Below, piece after piece: positions 27,043-35,484 of a stretch of DNA of 54,387 nucleotides. The translations under genes and the position numbers were made by a program. How positions within the stretch are numbered: position 1 is the stretch's first letter; each line of letters begins with the position of its first letter. The notes below the pieces were generated by a model. It saw nothing but the letters and a program-made list of their open reading frames with translations, did no database searches and was not told the origin of the DNA. The stretch comes from a virus (lineage: Duplodnaviria; Caudoviricetes), in the IMG/VR virus record IMGVR_UViG_3300019889_000002, positions 1 through 54,387 of that record; one strand, given 5' to 3'.

Positions 27043-27757
27043 CCTCTCAGTGTCGGTGATGGCGCACCCTAAACGCGCCCACCTCGTTGAACCCCTCGTC
27101 GACCGTCTCGGCCTCACTGGCGATGATGTGGCCTGGGACCGGCGGGGGGAACGGTGGGATACGGGCAGGCGGGCGTGGGAGATGCACGATCCCCGCGCGG
27201 ATTGGCATATGGTCATTCAGGAGGACTCCATTGTGGTCCGTGACCTGATTCCTGGGCTCAAGAAGGCCCTCGACCATGTGCCCAAAGAATGCAATGTGTG
27301 TCCGTTCGTGGGGACGCGGCGGCCAGCGCAACGCACCGTGCAGCGTTTGATCTCCCTGGCGGAGCGGCAGCGGGCGTCGTGGATCGAATTCCCGTCCCTG
27401 TTCTGGGGGCTCGCGATCATCGCCCCGACTCCGGTGATTCCTAGGATGCTGGCGTTCGGCGACTCCATCACCGCCTACCCGAACTACGACAAACGGATCG
27501 GCCAATATTTTGTGCAGAAACTGCACTGGCCAACCTACTGTACGTGGCCGAACCTGATCGACCACCGCGACGACGAACCTTCTCTGTGCGGGCACGGGCC
27601 GGGCCGGATCGCGCACCGGTTCGCCGGTGAGGACGCGTCGGCGTTGGATGTGAACTGGGGAGGCCCGGTCGCGACGTACAGCAAGCTTCCGGCGGTGGAG
27701 ATGCGCCGCTATTACCGGCGCGGCAAACGTATACCGTTCTCGGATTTTCAGTCATGA
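27035..27757 (+). CDS. Putative GT-A glycosyltransferase (paralogue 1)
   Basis: SVMAHPKR, WHMVIQED, YDKRI, WPNLIDH. Confidence 0.7.
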   Translation: MASLSVSVMAHPKRAHLVEPLVDRLGLTGDDVAWDRRGERWDTGRRAWEMHDPRADWHMVIQEDSIVVRDLIPGLKKALDHVPKECNVCPFVGTRRPAQRTVQRLISLAERQRASWIEFPSLFWGLAIIAPTPVIPRMLAFGDSITAYPNYDKRIGQYFVQKLHWPTYCTWPNLIDHRDDEPSLCGHGPGRIAHRFAGEDASALDVNWGGPVATYSKLPAVEMRRYYRRGKRIPFSDFQS

Positions 27758-28452
27758 CGAGCGTGTCGGGGGTGATTATGGCCCACCCGGAGCGGGAGAG
27801 GTTCATACCCGGCCTGCGGGCTGCCCTCGACCAGCCGACGCCGATCGTGTACGACCGCGTGAACGACCGGTGGGATACGGGGCGGCGGGCGCTCTTGTCC
27901 TTCGATTCGAAGGCGACACACAGCCTTGTCCTTCAGGATGATGGCCTGGTGTGCCGGGACCTCTATGCGGGGGTGACTGCGGCTCTTGAGCATGTCCCGG
28001 CCGATGCTGTCTTGTCGCTGTACGCGGGCCGGACGAGGGTGTTCCGTACCGCTGTCGCCGCGGCCACGCGTGTCTCCCGGCGGTCACGCACGAAACCGTC
28101 GTTCCTGGCCGCCACACAGCTCCTGTGGGGGGTCGCCGTCGTCATCCCCACCATGCACATACCCGCCCTGGTGGAGTGGGGTGACGGGCACCCGGAGATC
28201 GCCAACTACGACAAACGGATCTCCTACTGGTGCGCCGCCAACAATGTGCCGGTCTGGTACACGTGGCCGTCGCTGGTGCAGCACCGGATCTCGCCGTCGC
28301 TGATCCCCGGCCGCGGTTCGGCCGGCCGGGTCGCGTATTCGTTCGTTGGTGAACAGGCTTCGGCCCGGGCCATCGACTGGGGGGGCGGCCACGTTGACTT
28401 GGGTGAGGTTCCGACTCGGCTGGCCGTGGCCGGGCGGAGGAGGCGACTGTGA
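27754..28452 (+). CDS. Putative GT-A glycosyltransferase (paralogue 2)
   Basis: IMAHPER, LVLQDD, YDKRI, WPSLVQH. Confidence 0.7.
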   Translation: MTSVSGVIMAHPERERFIPGLRAALDQPTPIVYDRVNDRWDTGRRALLSFDSKATHSLVLQDDGLVCRDLYAGVTAALEHVPADAVLSLYAGRTRVFRTAVAAATRVSRRSRTKPSFLAATQLLWGVAVVIPTMHIPALVEWGDGHPEIANYDKRISYWCAANNVPVWYTWPSLVQHRISPSLIPGRGSAGRVAYSFVGEQASARAIDWGGGHVDLGEVPTRLAVAGRRRRL

Positions 28453-29237
28453 CCGACATCGTGTACGTCGTGGGCGCCGAAGCCCGTAACGACCCGCTCC
28501 ACTACTCCCTCCGCAGCCTCGCCAATCTGCCGCATCACCGGGTCTGGATCGCCGGATATCAGCCCGACTGGGTGCAGGGCGTTACCCATATCCCCGTCAT
28601 CCAAGGCCGCGGGAAACACGCCAACACGTGGGCGAACTGGCGGGCGATTGCTGAGCATGGGCCGGAGGATTTCCTCCTCTTCAATGACGACTTCTTCGTG
28701 ATGGCCCCGACGAGGGAAGTACCCGTCTGGCACCGTGGCGGCCTCGACAAGGCGATCGCGGGGTATTTGAACACGCCAGCGCTCGTGAACTGGCGGCGGC
28801 GTGCCGAAGCGGCCCGGACTGGCCTCGTCCAGTTGGGGCGGAACCGGGCCGAGTTGAACTGGTTCGAGCTGCACACCCCGATGCCGATGAACCGGACGCT
28901 GTTGCGGGCGGCGCTGGCCGACCTCGATCGGGTCCGCGACCGGGCGCACCTGTATTACGCGAAACGCACGTGGTACGGCAACCACGCTGGTATCGGCGGT
29001 ACCGAACGGTCCGACTGCAAGACACCCCACACCAGCGGCAAACACCTCACTGAGGCCCGGTTCACGCCGTTCCTGTCGACGTCTGACCGGTCGTGGCGGG
29101 GCGCCGCCGGTGACTTGGTGCGCGCTACGTTTACGACACCTGGACCGTATGAGATACCGAGGGAGGCTCGCCGTGGGCGAGTACGAGATAGTGGACGTGA
29201 CCGCGATCGCCAACGTGCAGCGGCTGCGCATCGGTGA
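28449..29237 (+). CDS. Stealth-family-like hexose-1-phosphate transferase
   Basis: DIVY, LHYSLRSL, PDW, FLLFNDDFF, HTPMP resemble Stealth conserved regions. Confidence 0.7.
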   Translation: MTDIVYVVGAEARNDPLHYSLRSLANLPHHRVWIAGYQPDWVQGVTHIPVIQGRGKHANTWANWRAIAEHGPEDFLLFNDDFFVMAPTREVPVWHRGGLDKAIAGYLNTPALVNWRRRAEAARTGLVQLGRNRAELNWFELHTPMPMNRTLLRAALADLDRVRDRAHLYYAKRTWYGNHAGIGGTERSDCKTPHTSGKHLTEARFTPFLSTSDRSWRGAAGDLVRATFTTPGPYEIPREARRGRVRDSGRDRDRQRAAAAHR

Positions 29238-29604
29238 CCGCGGCGAAGTCGCCCGCACGGCGCGGGTCGACAACCTGATCGCGGCGGGGTATCTGGTAGT
29301 GAACCGGGTCATCCGCGGGGCGACACCCAAACCAGTACCGGCACCTGTAGTGGCAGCGCCGCTGGTTGAGCCTGTGGCTGCACCGGTCAAGGTGAAACGG
29401 AAACGCAAACCAAAGGAGCAGGCCAGTGGCGCGTCTGGAGTGGGATCTGACGATCGACAAAACCAAGGCGATACAGGCGGCACTGCCGGGGACGGTCACG
29501 TTCGTGACGGACGCGACCCGGCGGGTGTTGAACGCGGTGACGGTGCGGACGCCGGTGGACACAGGCAGGTTGCGGGCGGGCACCCAGATGCGGGTGGCGA
29601 CTAA
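29173..29604 (+). CDS. Hypothetical protein
   Basis: GGGAGG RBS before GTG; 3' end overlaps the next gene. Confidence 0.5.
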   Translation: MGEYEIVDVTAIANVQRLRIGDRGEVARTARVDNLIAAGYLVVNRVIRGATPKPVPAPVVAAPLVEPVAAPVKVKRKRKPKEQASGASGVGSDDRQNQGDTGGTAGDGHVRDGRDPAGVERGDGADAGGHRQVAGGHPDAGGD

Positions 29605-29923
29605 GAAACTGCGGGTCCGGGGTGAGGTGTTCAACAACACGAAGTACGCGCTCGCGGTGGAGCAGGGCACGGCACCTCATGTCATCAAACCGAAGAAGAA
29701 AAAGGCACTGGCGTTTCGGGTGGGCGGCCGGGTTGTGATCGTGAAGTCGGTGCGTCATCCTGGCACGAAGGGCACCCATTTCATGGGTGATGGCCTGGCT
29801 GATGCGTTGGCGGGCCGCGACGGGTGGCGGGTCACCAACTATGTGACGAAAGCCCTGTCGGATGCCGAGGCCGCGCAACGCGACGCCGAAGAGGCCCGCC
29901 GCGACGCCGACGAGGGCGTATAG
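29426..29923 (+). CDS. HK97 gp10-like tail component
   Basis: TPVDTGRLRA, YALAVEQGT, VRHPGT. Confidence 0.85.
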   Translation: MARLEWDLTIDKTKAIQAALPGTVTFVTDATRRVLNAVTVRTPVDTGRLRAGTQMRVATKKLRVRGEVFNNTKYALAVEQGTAPHVIKPKKKKALAFRVGGRVVIVKSVRHPGTKGTHFMGDGLADALAGRDGWRVTNYVTKALSDAEAAQRDAEEARRDADEGV

Positions 29924-29954
29924 GATTGGTCTTTACCCGTTAAAGGAGAACCGC

Positions 29955-30341
29955 GTGACTACCGAAACGACTACCCCCGCTACCCCGGTGCCCGTTGTGA
30001 CGTGCGATTTCCGGGGCCGCACCATGGCCATCAGAATTCCGAACCCGGAACGCCTCGCCATGTTCCAGCAGACCCTACGGTCGATCAAGGGCATGCAAGG
30101 CCAGAAACTCGACGCGACCAGGGCCATCAAGTTTTATGACCAGTCGACCCGGATTATCCTGTCGATCCTCGCCGACGACGACGATAAGGAGTGGCTCCGC
30201 GACCAGTTCTATGACGGTGACCTGGAGTTGGCTGAGGCGTTCGGGATTGTCGAGTCGGCGATGGCCGCCATGAACACCACGAAGGCACCTACGTCGGGGC
30301 CGGTGGCGAAAAAGTCTGCGGCCCGGCGAACCAAAAAGTAG
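29955..30341 (+). CDS. Tail assembly chaperone (G-like)
   Basis: AAAGGAG RBS; size and position upstream of the tape measure gene. Confidence 0.65.
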   Translation: MTTETTTPATPVPVVTCDFRGRTMAIRIPNPERLAMFQQTLRSIKGMQGQKLDATRAIKFYDQSTRIILSILADDDDKEWLRDQFYDGDLELAEAFGIVESAMAAMNTTKAPTSGPVAKKSAARRTKK

Positions 30342-30914
30342 ATGCAGTTCGATCACGCCTCGGGCCTACGGTGTTGGGCCGTCGAATTTGAGCTCGACGG
30401 TGTCCTGTGGGAGATCCCGGCGCTCCCCGCCGCCGACTGGCTCGACGCGTACCTCGAGTCGCCGGATGATCTGGCCGGTATCGTCCCCGGCCTCGTCACC
30501 GACCCCGAGAAAGGCGACACCCTCGCCGAACGGCTATTCGACGCGACATTCAACGACGATGACCTGTTCACACCTGGGCTAGAGCCGCAGAGGCTCGAGG
30601 CGGCCCGTACCGCCCTCACAGCAGCCGCCGGGGTGACATGGTGGATCGCAGGTAGGTTGGCCGCTGAGGCGCTCTCATGGACCGGCGTCGGCGGGGAACT
30701 CGTCCTACGCGGCATCAACTATCAACGGGCACCACTGGCGGCCGTCCTGGCCGCCGCCTACCGGATCATCGTGTCCACCCAGGATTCGAAACAGCTACCC
30801 ATGACCATCGCCAAAATCGAGGCACCACCCGCCGGCACCGACCCCGTCGAAGCGTACGACGAAACCGCCGCCTCGAATGCGTTCCTCGGAGCCATGCAAC
30901 GACCAGGCGGATAG
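30342..30914 (+). CDS. Tail assembly chaperone (T-like), in frame with the upstream gene
   Basis: ATG directly follows TAG; IPALPAADWL, AAGVTWW. Confidence 0.6.
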   Translation: MQFDHASGLRCWAVEFELDGVLWEIPALPAADWLDAYLESPDDLAGIVPGLVTDPEKGDTLAERLFDATFNDDDLFTPGLEPQRLEAARTALTAAAGVTWWIAGRLAAEALSWTGVGGELVLRGINYQRAPLAAVLAAAYRIIVSTQDSKQLPMTIAKIEAPPAGTDPVEAYDETAASNAFLGAMQRPGG

Positions 30915-30959
30915 AAGAAGGGGCCGCCCTCTTCCAGAGACGACCCCAACACGCCCAGC

Positions 30960-31145
30960 CTACTTATCCTGGATCGTCACCGGCGGCTTATTCGGCACCT
31001 GCCACACAACAGCCAACGCAGTCACAAACGCGACCGCCACAGCCACCCACTCACCCTTGCTCACCGTCTCATCAATCAGAGCCGTACCCAGAGCCGTCAA
31101 ACCAGCCAGCACCGCCGCAATGATTGCCTTCGCATATTTCGTCAT
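30960..31145 (-). CDS. Holin-like two-TM protein
   Basis: YAKAIIAAVLA...EWVAVAVA...VWQVPN actinophage holin pattern. Confidence 0.7.
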   Translation of the reverse strand: MTKYAKAIIAAVLAGLTALGTALIDETVSKGEWVAVAVAFVTALAVVWQVPNKPPVTIQDK

Positions 31146-31169
31146 GATTTGAAGATACGCCCGCCCGCA

Positions 31170-31721
31170 TCATGGCGAGGTCTCCTTCAACGGGCAACCA
31201 CCACAACGATGCTCGTGCTGCCGTTCCAGGTTCGAACTTGAACAGGACTTGGTCGGACAGTTCAGTGCGTCGGTTTCTTCGTTTCCCGTAACTGCGTCTG
31301 TCTGAAGGTCTGTATGTCTGTCTGTCTGTGTTGGCCGTACGTTGGTACCAACATCGGTGCCAACGTTGGGGGTGACAGCACGGGCGGCTCCGGCTCGCTT
31401 CTTGCGTTGCCGCTCGCGCTCGGTCTCGCGTTTCGATAGCTGCGCGGCGAGCGACTGCCGGAACACGTCGCCGTGATGTTCGACCACATAGGCGTCTCCC
31501 TCATCGCGCCAGAACTCGGCTGCGATAAGGTCCTTCGCGGCCCGCTCCCAGTCGGCGCTTCCCGCGAACCGGCGCACTAGGTGCTTCTTGATGCGCATGT
31601 CCATGTGCTCAATCTGGAACAGCCAGTGCAGCGCCTCGGCGTGGGTGCGCACGGCAGCATCGGAGAGACTGGCCTCGGCACACTGGTCGAAGAACTCGAC
31701 CCCGTACTTCGCCCAAGTCAT
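31170..31721 (-). CDS. Replication-initiator-like protein (N-terminal module, short)
   Basis: MTWAK...LSDAA...LIAAEFW...RERQRKKR followed by a repeat-coded linker. Confidence 0.6.
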   Translation of the reverse strand: MTWAKYGVEFFDQCAEASLSDAAVRTHAEALHWLFQIEHMDMRIKKHLVRRFAGSADWERAAKDLIAAEFWRDEGDAYVVEHHGDVFRQSLAAQLSKRETERERQRKKRAGAARAVTPNVGTDVGTNVRPTQTDRHTDLQTDAVTGNEETDALNCPTKSCSSSNLERQHEHRCGGCPLKETSP

Positions 31722-31873
31722 CCAGCGCCCGCTTCGATGATCAGTGCGGCACCGGGGACACGGCGAGCTGGCTTGAGTGCGCGCCTGGCATCAGCTGTAG
31801 GTATGCTGGCTGGGGTCTTGTTTTCTGCCGCCTTGGTTTCCAGTCCGGGGCGGCTTTTCTCTGCCGTCGTCAC
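31718..31873 (-). CDS. Small hypothetical protein
   Basis: GTGA and ATGA overlaps with both neighbours. Confidence 0.45.
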   Translation of the reverse strand: MTTAEKSRPGLETKAAENKTPASIPTADARRALKPARRVPGAALIIEAGAG

Positions 31874-32097
31874 GTGGCGCCGTCCCTGGCGGCCGCCTTA
31901 GTCCAGGCTCCCCTATCGAGGCCACCTGCGTTGGTTACGAGGCCCTCCGTGCGCATCCTGTTTAGGAGGACGCCCGCCTCGGAGCGGTCTATGTCTGTGA
32001 GAGCGGAGACCTTGTTGCGGCTGAGGCCGGGCTGGTCGTGCTTGGGGAGGACGGCGAGAATGCGGTCCTTCCGGGTCTTCTTCTTCTCAGTGTTCAT
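31870..32097 (-). CDS. Winged-HTH DNA-binding protein
   Basis: RILAVL...GLSRNKVSALT...LNRMRTEGLV; leaderless TAGGTT-N6-ATG. Confidence 0.7.
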   Translation of the reverse strand: MNTEKKKTRKDRILAVLPKHDQPGLSRNKVSALTDIDRSEAGVLLNRMRTEGLVTNAGGLDRGAWTKAAARDGAT

Positions 32098-32189
32098 ACC
32101 CGTAACCTACACCCGGTGGGGGGAGGGTGTGGATATGGCGCAGGTAGAAATCGCCCGCGTTACAGCTAGTGTTTTTCCGTATTGCTCCC

Positions 32190-32642
32190 CTACTTCCTGT
32201 GTCCGGCGTTCTTCAGCCACCGTCGTGCGGTGGGTTCGTAGGCGACAGCCCACAGATCAGCGACCGCTCGTTGCGCCCCACCGGGCCTGCCCGTGTCGTC
32301 GGCCCACGCCGCGACGGTGGCGACGTTTCCCCAATGCGAGGGCGGCCAGGCCCGTTGCCCTTGAGGCAACGGAGCGGCGAGGCTCCGGTAGTAGGCTTCG
32401 CCGGGGTGGGTCGAGTCGCACATGTGCAGCGCCGCGACGTGCAGCAACTGGGCGGTGGGGAGTTTCGCGAGGCGCCCAGCGGTGACTGGTGTCGTGGCGG
32501 CGGCCTTGGGTTCGACGGTGAGGCTCGTTATCCGGGTCGGGCCTGTACTGGCGGTCAGGTGGATCAGCCACGGACACGCCGGGTCGTCGATAGTGATACC
32601 GGCCGTTGTCCGCGAGACGACAGCGTTTTTCAGGTTGATCAT
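32190..32642 (-). CDS. Putative DNA-binding protein (DUF6214-like)
   Basis: Non-shadow 3' end of the long antisense ORF; AVADLW...TARRW HTH-like end. Confidence 0.55.
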   Translation of the reverse strand: MINLKNAVVSRTTAGITIDDPACPWLIHLTASTGPTRITSLTVEPKAAATTPVTAGRLAKLPTAQLLHVAALHMCDSTHPGEAYYRSLAAPLPQGQRAWPPSHWGNVATVAAWADDTGRPGGAQRAVADLWAVAYEPTARRWLKNAGHRK

Positions 32643-32721
32643 GCCCCTTATCTTGTCATTGCCTCGAAACGACCAGACCAGGATGTAGCGGCCAGCGTGG
32701 CCAGCGGGGATGCTTAGGAGC

Positions 32722-35484
32722 ATGGCAGTGGTCGGGCGCGCATCAGTCACCATCACCGCCGACGTCACCAAGTTCGCCGACCAGCTGGAGAAGGCGCTCA
32801 ACAAGGCACTCAAACAGGCCAAGCTCGACACCAGCGGGATTTCGAAGCGCATCAAAGACGCCTTCGATGATGGCGCCGACGACGCGAAACGTGCACTCAA
32901 CTCGATCAACGCCGCCACCACATTTACGGCCCTGTCGCGGCAGGCCGCCGACGCCGGCGACGACATTGGCGACCGGATCTCCGCGGGCGTCGACAAGGCG
33001 GAACGTGCCCTGGGTGGCCTACTGCGGGCGGCGGTCCGCACGACCGTCGTATTCGCGCTGCTGACGGCCGGTATCACTATCCTCACTGCTGGGGTTGGTG
33101 GTTTGGCGGCTGGGTTTTCTGCCCTGGCCTCCGCGACCGCCGCGACCCTCAACGCCATCCCCGCGCTGATCGCAGGTGCCGCTGTCCTGGGCGCGGTCAT
33201 CGGGACCGTGAAAGTCGCTACCGCCGGGATGGGCGACGCTTTCGCCGCCGTCGCCAGTGGGGATACTGCCGCGCTGGCCGAAGCGATGGAGAAACTCTCC
33301 CCCGCCGCCCAAGACGTCGTCACCGCGTTCGCCGAGTTCCAGCCGGTTCTGCAAGAGATCCAACAGTCCGTGCAAGAGGCGTTCTTCAAGAACATGGCGG
33401 ACGACCTGACCGGCCTGGGTGAGGCACTGGCGGGGCCGGTCGGCGCGGGCATGACCGTCCTGGCCGGGCAGCTCGGGGAACTGGTGACCGGGTTCCTTAA
33501 GGTCGGGCAGTCCGCTGAAACCGTGACGTTCGTTGAGAATGTGTTTCGGTCGGCGTCGCTGGCGGTCGATAAAATGTCGGCACCCTTGGCGAACGTCCTT
33601 GAGGGGTTCATTGCGGTCGCCGATGCCGGGCTGCCCGCGTTCGACGGGTTCATTGACGGCCTGGCCAGTGCGACGGATGCGTTTGGTGATTTCCTGAAAC
33701 GGGTCGCCGAGGTCGGTTTCACCGACGCGTTGAAGGAACTGTTCGACCCTGAGGCATTCACCGCCGGTCTGTCCACGTTGTTCACGAAGGCGCTCGAGTT
33801 TATCGCCACGTCCTTGCCGAGGCTGGCTGAGGCGTTCCTGGCTGGCCGCGAACAGTTTTTTAACGCCGTCCTCGCCGTTTTCTCGGCCATTGTGGAGATA
33901 CTTCCGAAAATTGTTCCATCTATTCTCGAAGCGATTTTCGGGCTGATCCAGTCGATCGCGACGACCTTGGCGGCCGCCGCGCCGCAGCTGCTGGGTGCTG
34001 CGGTCATGTTCATTCAGGGCCTCGTTGATGGCATCACCACGGCACTACCCATCGTGGTCGCCAGCGCCGGGACGATCATCACCGAACTGATCACCGCGCT
34101 GATCGCCGCCGCGCCCCTGCTGATCCAAGGCGCGGCGACGTTGATCACCGGCCTGGCCGACGGCCTAGCCGAAAACGCGCCCCAAATCCTCGTCGGCGTC
34201 GCCTCCATAATAGAGGCACTCTTGACAGCGATCGTGGAGGCGCTCCCGTCGCTGGTCGAGTCGGGGCTCGGCCTGATCCTGGCCATCGCCGAGGGCCTCG
34301 TCCAAGCCCTCCCCCAGCTGGTGACGTTCATCGCCGGTGACCTGATCCCGTCGCTCGTCGAAGCCCTCATCGAAGCCGTCCCGCAGATCCTTGAAGCCGG
34401 AACCGAGATCATCACCGCCCTCGTCGACGGCGTCACCACCGCCATCCCCGAACTCGCCACCCTGATCACCACCGTCGTCATCCCCGGCCTGGTGACGGCC
34501 CTCACGACCGCGATGCCGCAACTACTGACCGCCGGCGTCGCGCTGTTGAAAGCGCTCATCGACGGCTGGATCAGCGCCGAGACGACCCTGTTGACGGCGG
34601 CGACCGAGTTGATTCCGGTGATCATCGGCGCCATCCTCGACCTGCTTCCTTTGTGGATCGAAGCTGGATTGACGATCATCACCGCGCTCCTGACCGGGCT
34701 CGTCGAGGCACTGCCGCAGATCATCGTTTTCGTCACCGAAATGATCCCCGCCCTCATTGAGGCGATTATTCTGCTGCTGCCGTTGCTGATCGAAGCCGGT
34801 GTGCAAATCATTGTCGCCCTGATCGAAGGAATGGTGGAGCAGCGTGTCGCCATCGTCACCGCGATCGTCACGAAAGTCATCCCCGCGCTGATTGATGCGC
34901 TGCTCACCGCCGTCGCCAAAACTGTGTCCGCGGGCGTGAAAATCCTGATCGGACTACTCGACGGTATTAAAGACGGCTGGGTCACCGCCAAAGCCTGGGT
35001 CATGGACCTCCCCGACAAGATCGTTACCGCCATCGGCAACGTCAAAGACCTCCTCTCTGATGCCGCCGGCGACATCATCGACGGGTTCGTGCAGGGCCTG
35101 AAAGACGGGTTCGCCGTCGTCGAGGACACCCTGGCCGACCTGACCGGTCTGCTACCCGACTGGAAAGGCCCCGCCGCCGTCGACCGGAAAATCCTGTCCG
35201 GCCCGGCCCGGTTGATCATGGACGGGTTCGCTAAAGACCTGCTGTCGGAGGCGACCCGTACGGTCATGCCCGCCCTGTCAGGTATTGGTGCCGACATCAC
35301 CGCCAGCGTGGGCGGCGAAGCAGGCGCCGCCACCGGCGGGGCGGCCGGGCAAGGCGACATTTTTATTGGGACCGCCACCATCGATTTGGGTGAAGGCATC
35401 ACCAAAGTCGTGGACATGAAATTCCGGCGCAGCACCGCCGACCTGAAACGAAACCTCGTCGCACGAAGTGGAGCAGCCCGATGA
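32722..35484 (+). CDS. Tape measure protein
   Basis: About 920 aa, Ala/Leu/Ile-rich with periodic LP..I..G repeats; DWKGP...DRKIL C-terminus. Confidence 0.92.
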   Translation: MAVVGRASVTITADVTKFADQLEKALNKALKQAKLDTSGISKRIKDAFDDGADDAKRALNSINAATTFTALSRQAADAGDDIGDRISAGVDKAERALGGLLRAAVRTTVVFALLTAGITILTAGVGGLAAGFSALASATAATLNAIPALIAGAAVLGAVIGTVKVATAGMGDAFAAVASGDTAALAEAMEKLSPAAQDVVTAFAEFQPVLQEIQQSVQEAFFKNMADDLTGLGEALAGPVGAGMTVLAGQLGELVTGFLKVGQSAETVTFVENVFRSASLAVDKMSAPLANVLEGFIAVADAGLPAFDGFIDGLASATDAFGDFLKRVAEVGFTDALKELFDPEAFTAGLSTLFTKALEFIATSLPRLAEAFLAGREQFFNAVLAVFSAIVEILPKIVPSILEAIFGLIQSIATTLAAAAPQLLGAAVMFIQGLVDGITTALPIVVASAGTIITELITALIAAAPLLIQGAATLITGLADGLAENAPQILVGVASIIEALLTAIVEALPSLVESGLGLILAIAEGLVQALPQLVTFIAGDLIPSLVEALIEAVPQILEAGTEIITALVDGVTTAIPELATLITTVVIPGLVTALTTAMPQLLTAGVALLKALIDGWISAETTLLTAATELIPVIIGAILDLLPLWIEAGLTIITALLTGLVEALPQIIVFVTEMIPALIEAIILLLPLLIEAGVQIIVALIEGMVEQRVAIVTAIVTKVIPALIDALLTAVAKTVSAGVKILIGLLDGIKDGWVTAKAWVMDLPDKIVTAIGNVKDLLSDAAGDIIDGFVQGLKDGFAVVEDTLADLTGLLPDWKGPAAVDRKILSGPARLIMDGFAKDLLSEATRTVMPALSGIGADITASVGGEAGAATGGAAGQGDIFIGTATIDLGEGITKVVDMKFRRSTADLKRNLVARSGAAR

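Noticed and set aside
30308-30314. GAAAAAG as a -1 frameshift site for chaperone fusion
   Set aside because: The -1 frame terminates near 30390 and the downstream chaperone is in frame 0
32643-35435. Long minus-strand ORFs (607 and 473 aa) opposite the tape measure gene
   Set aside because: Antisense shadows of a high-GC gene; only 32190-32642, which extends beyond the TMP, is kept
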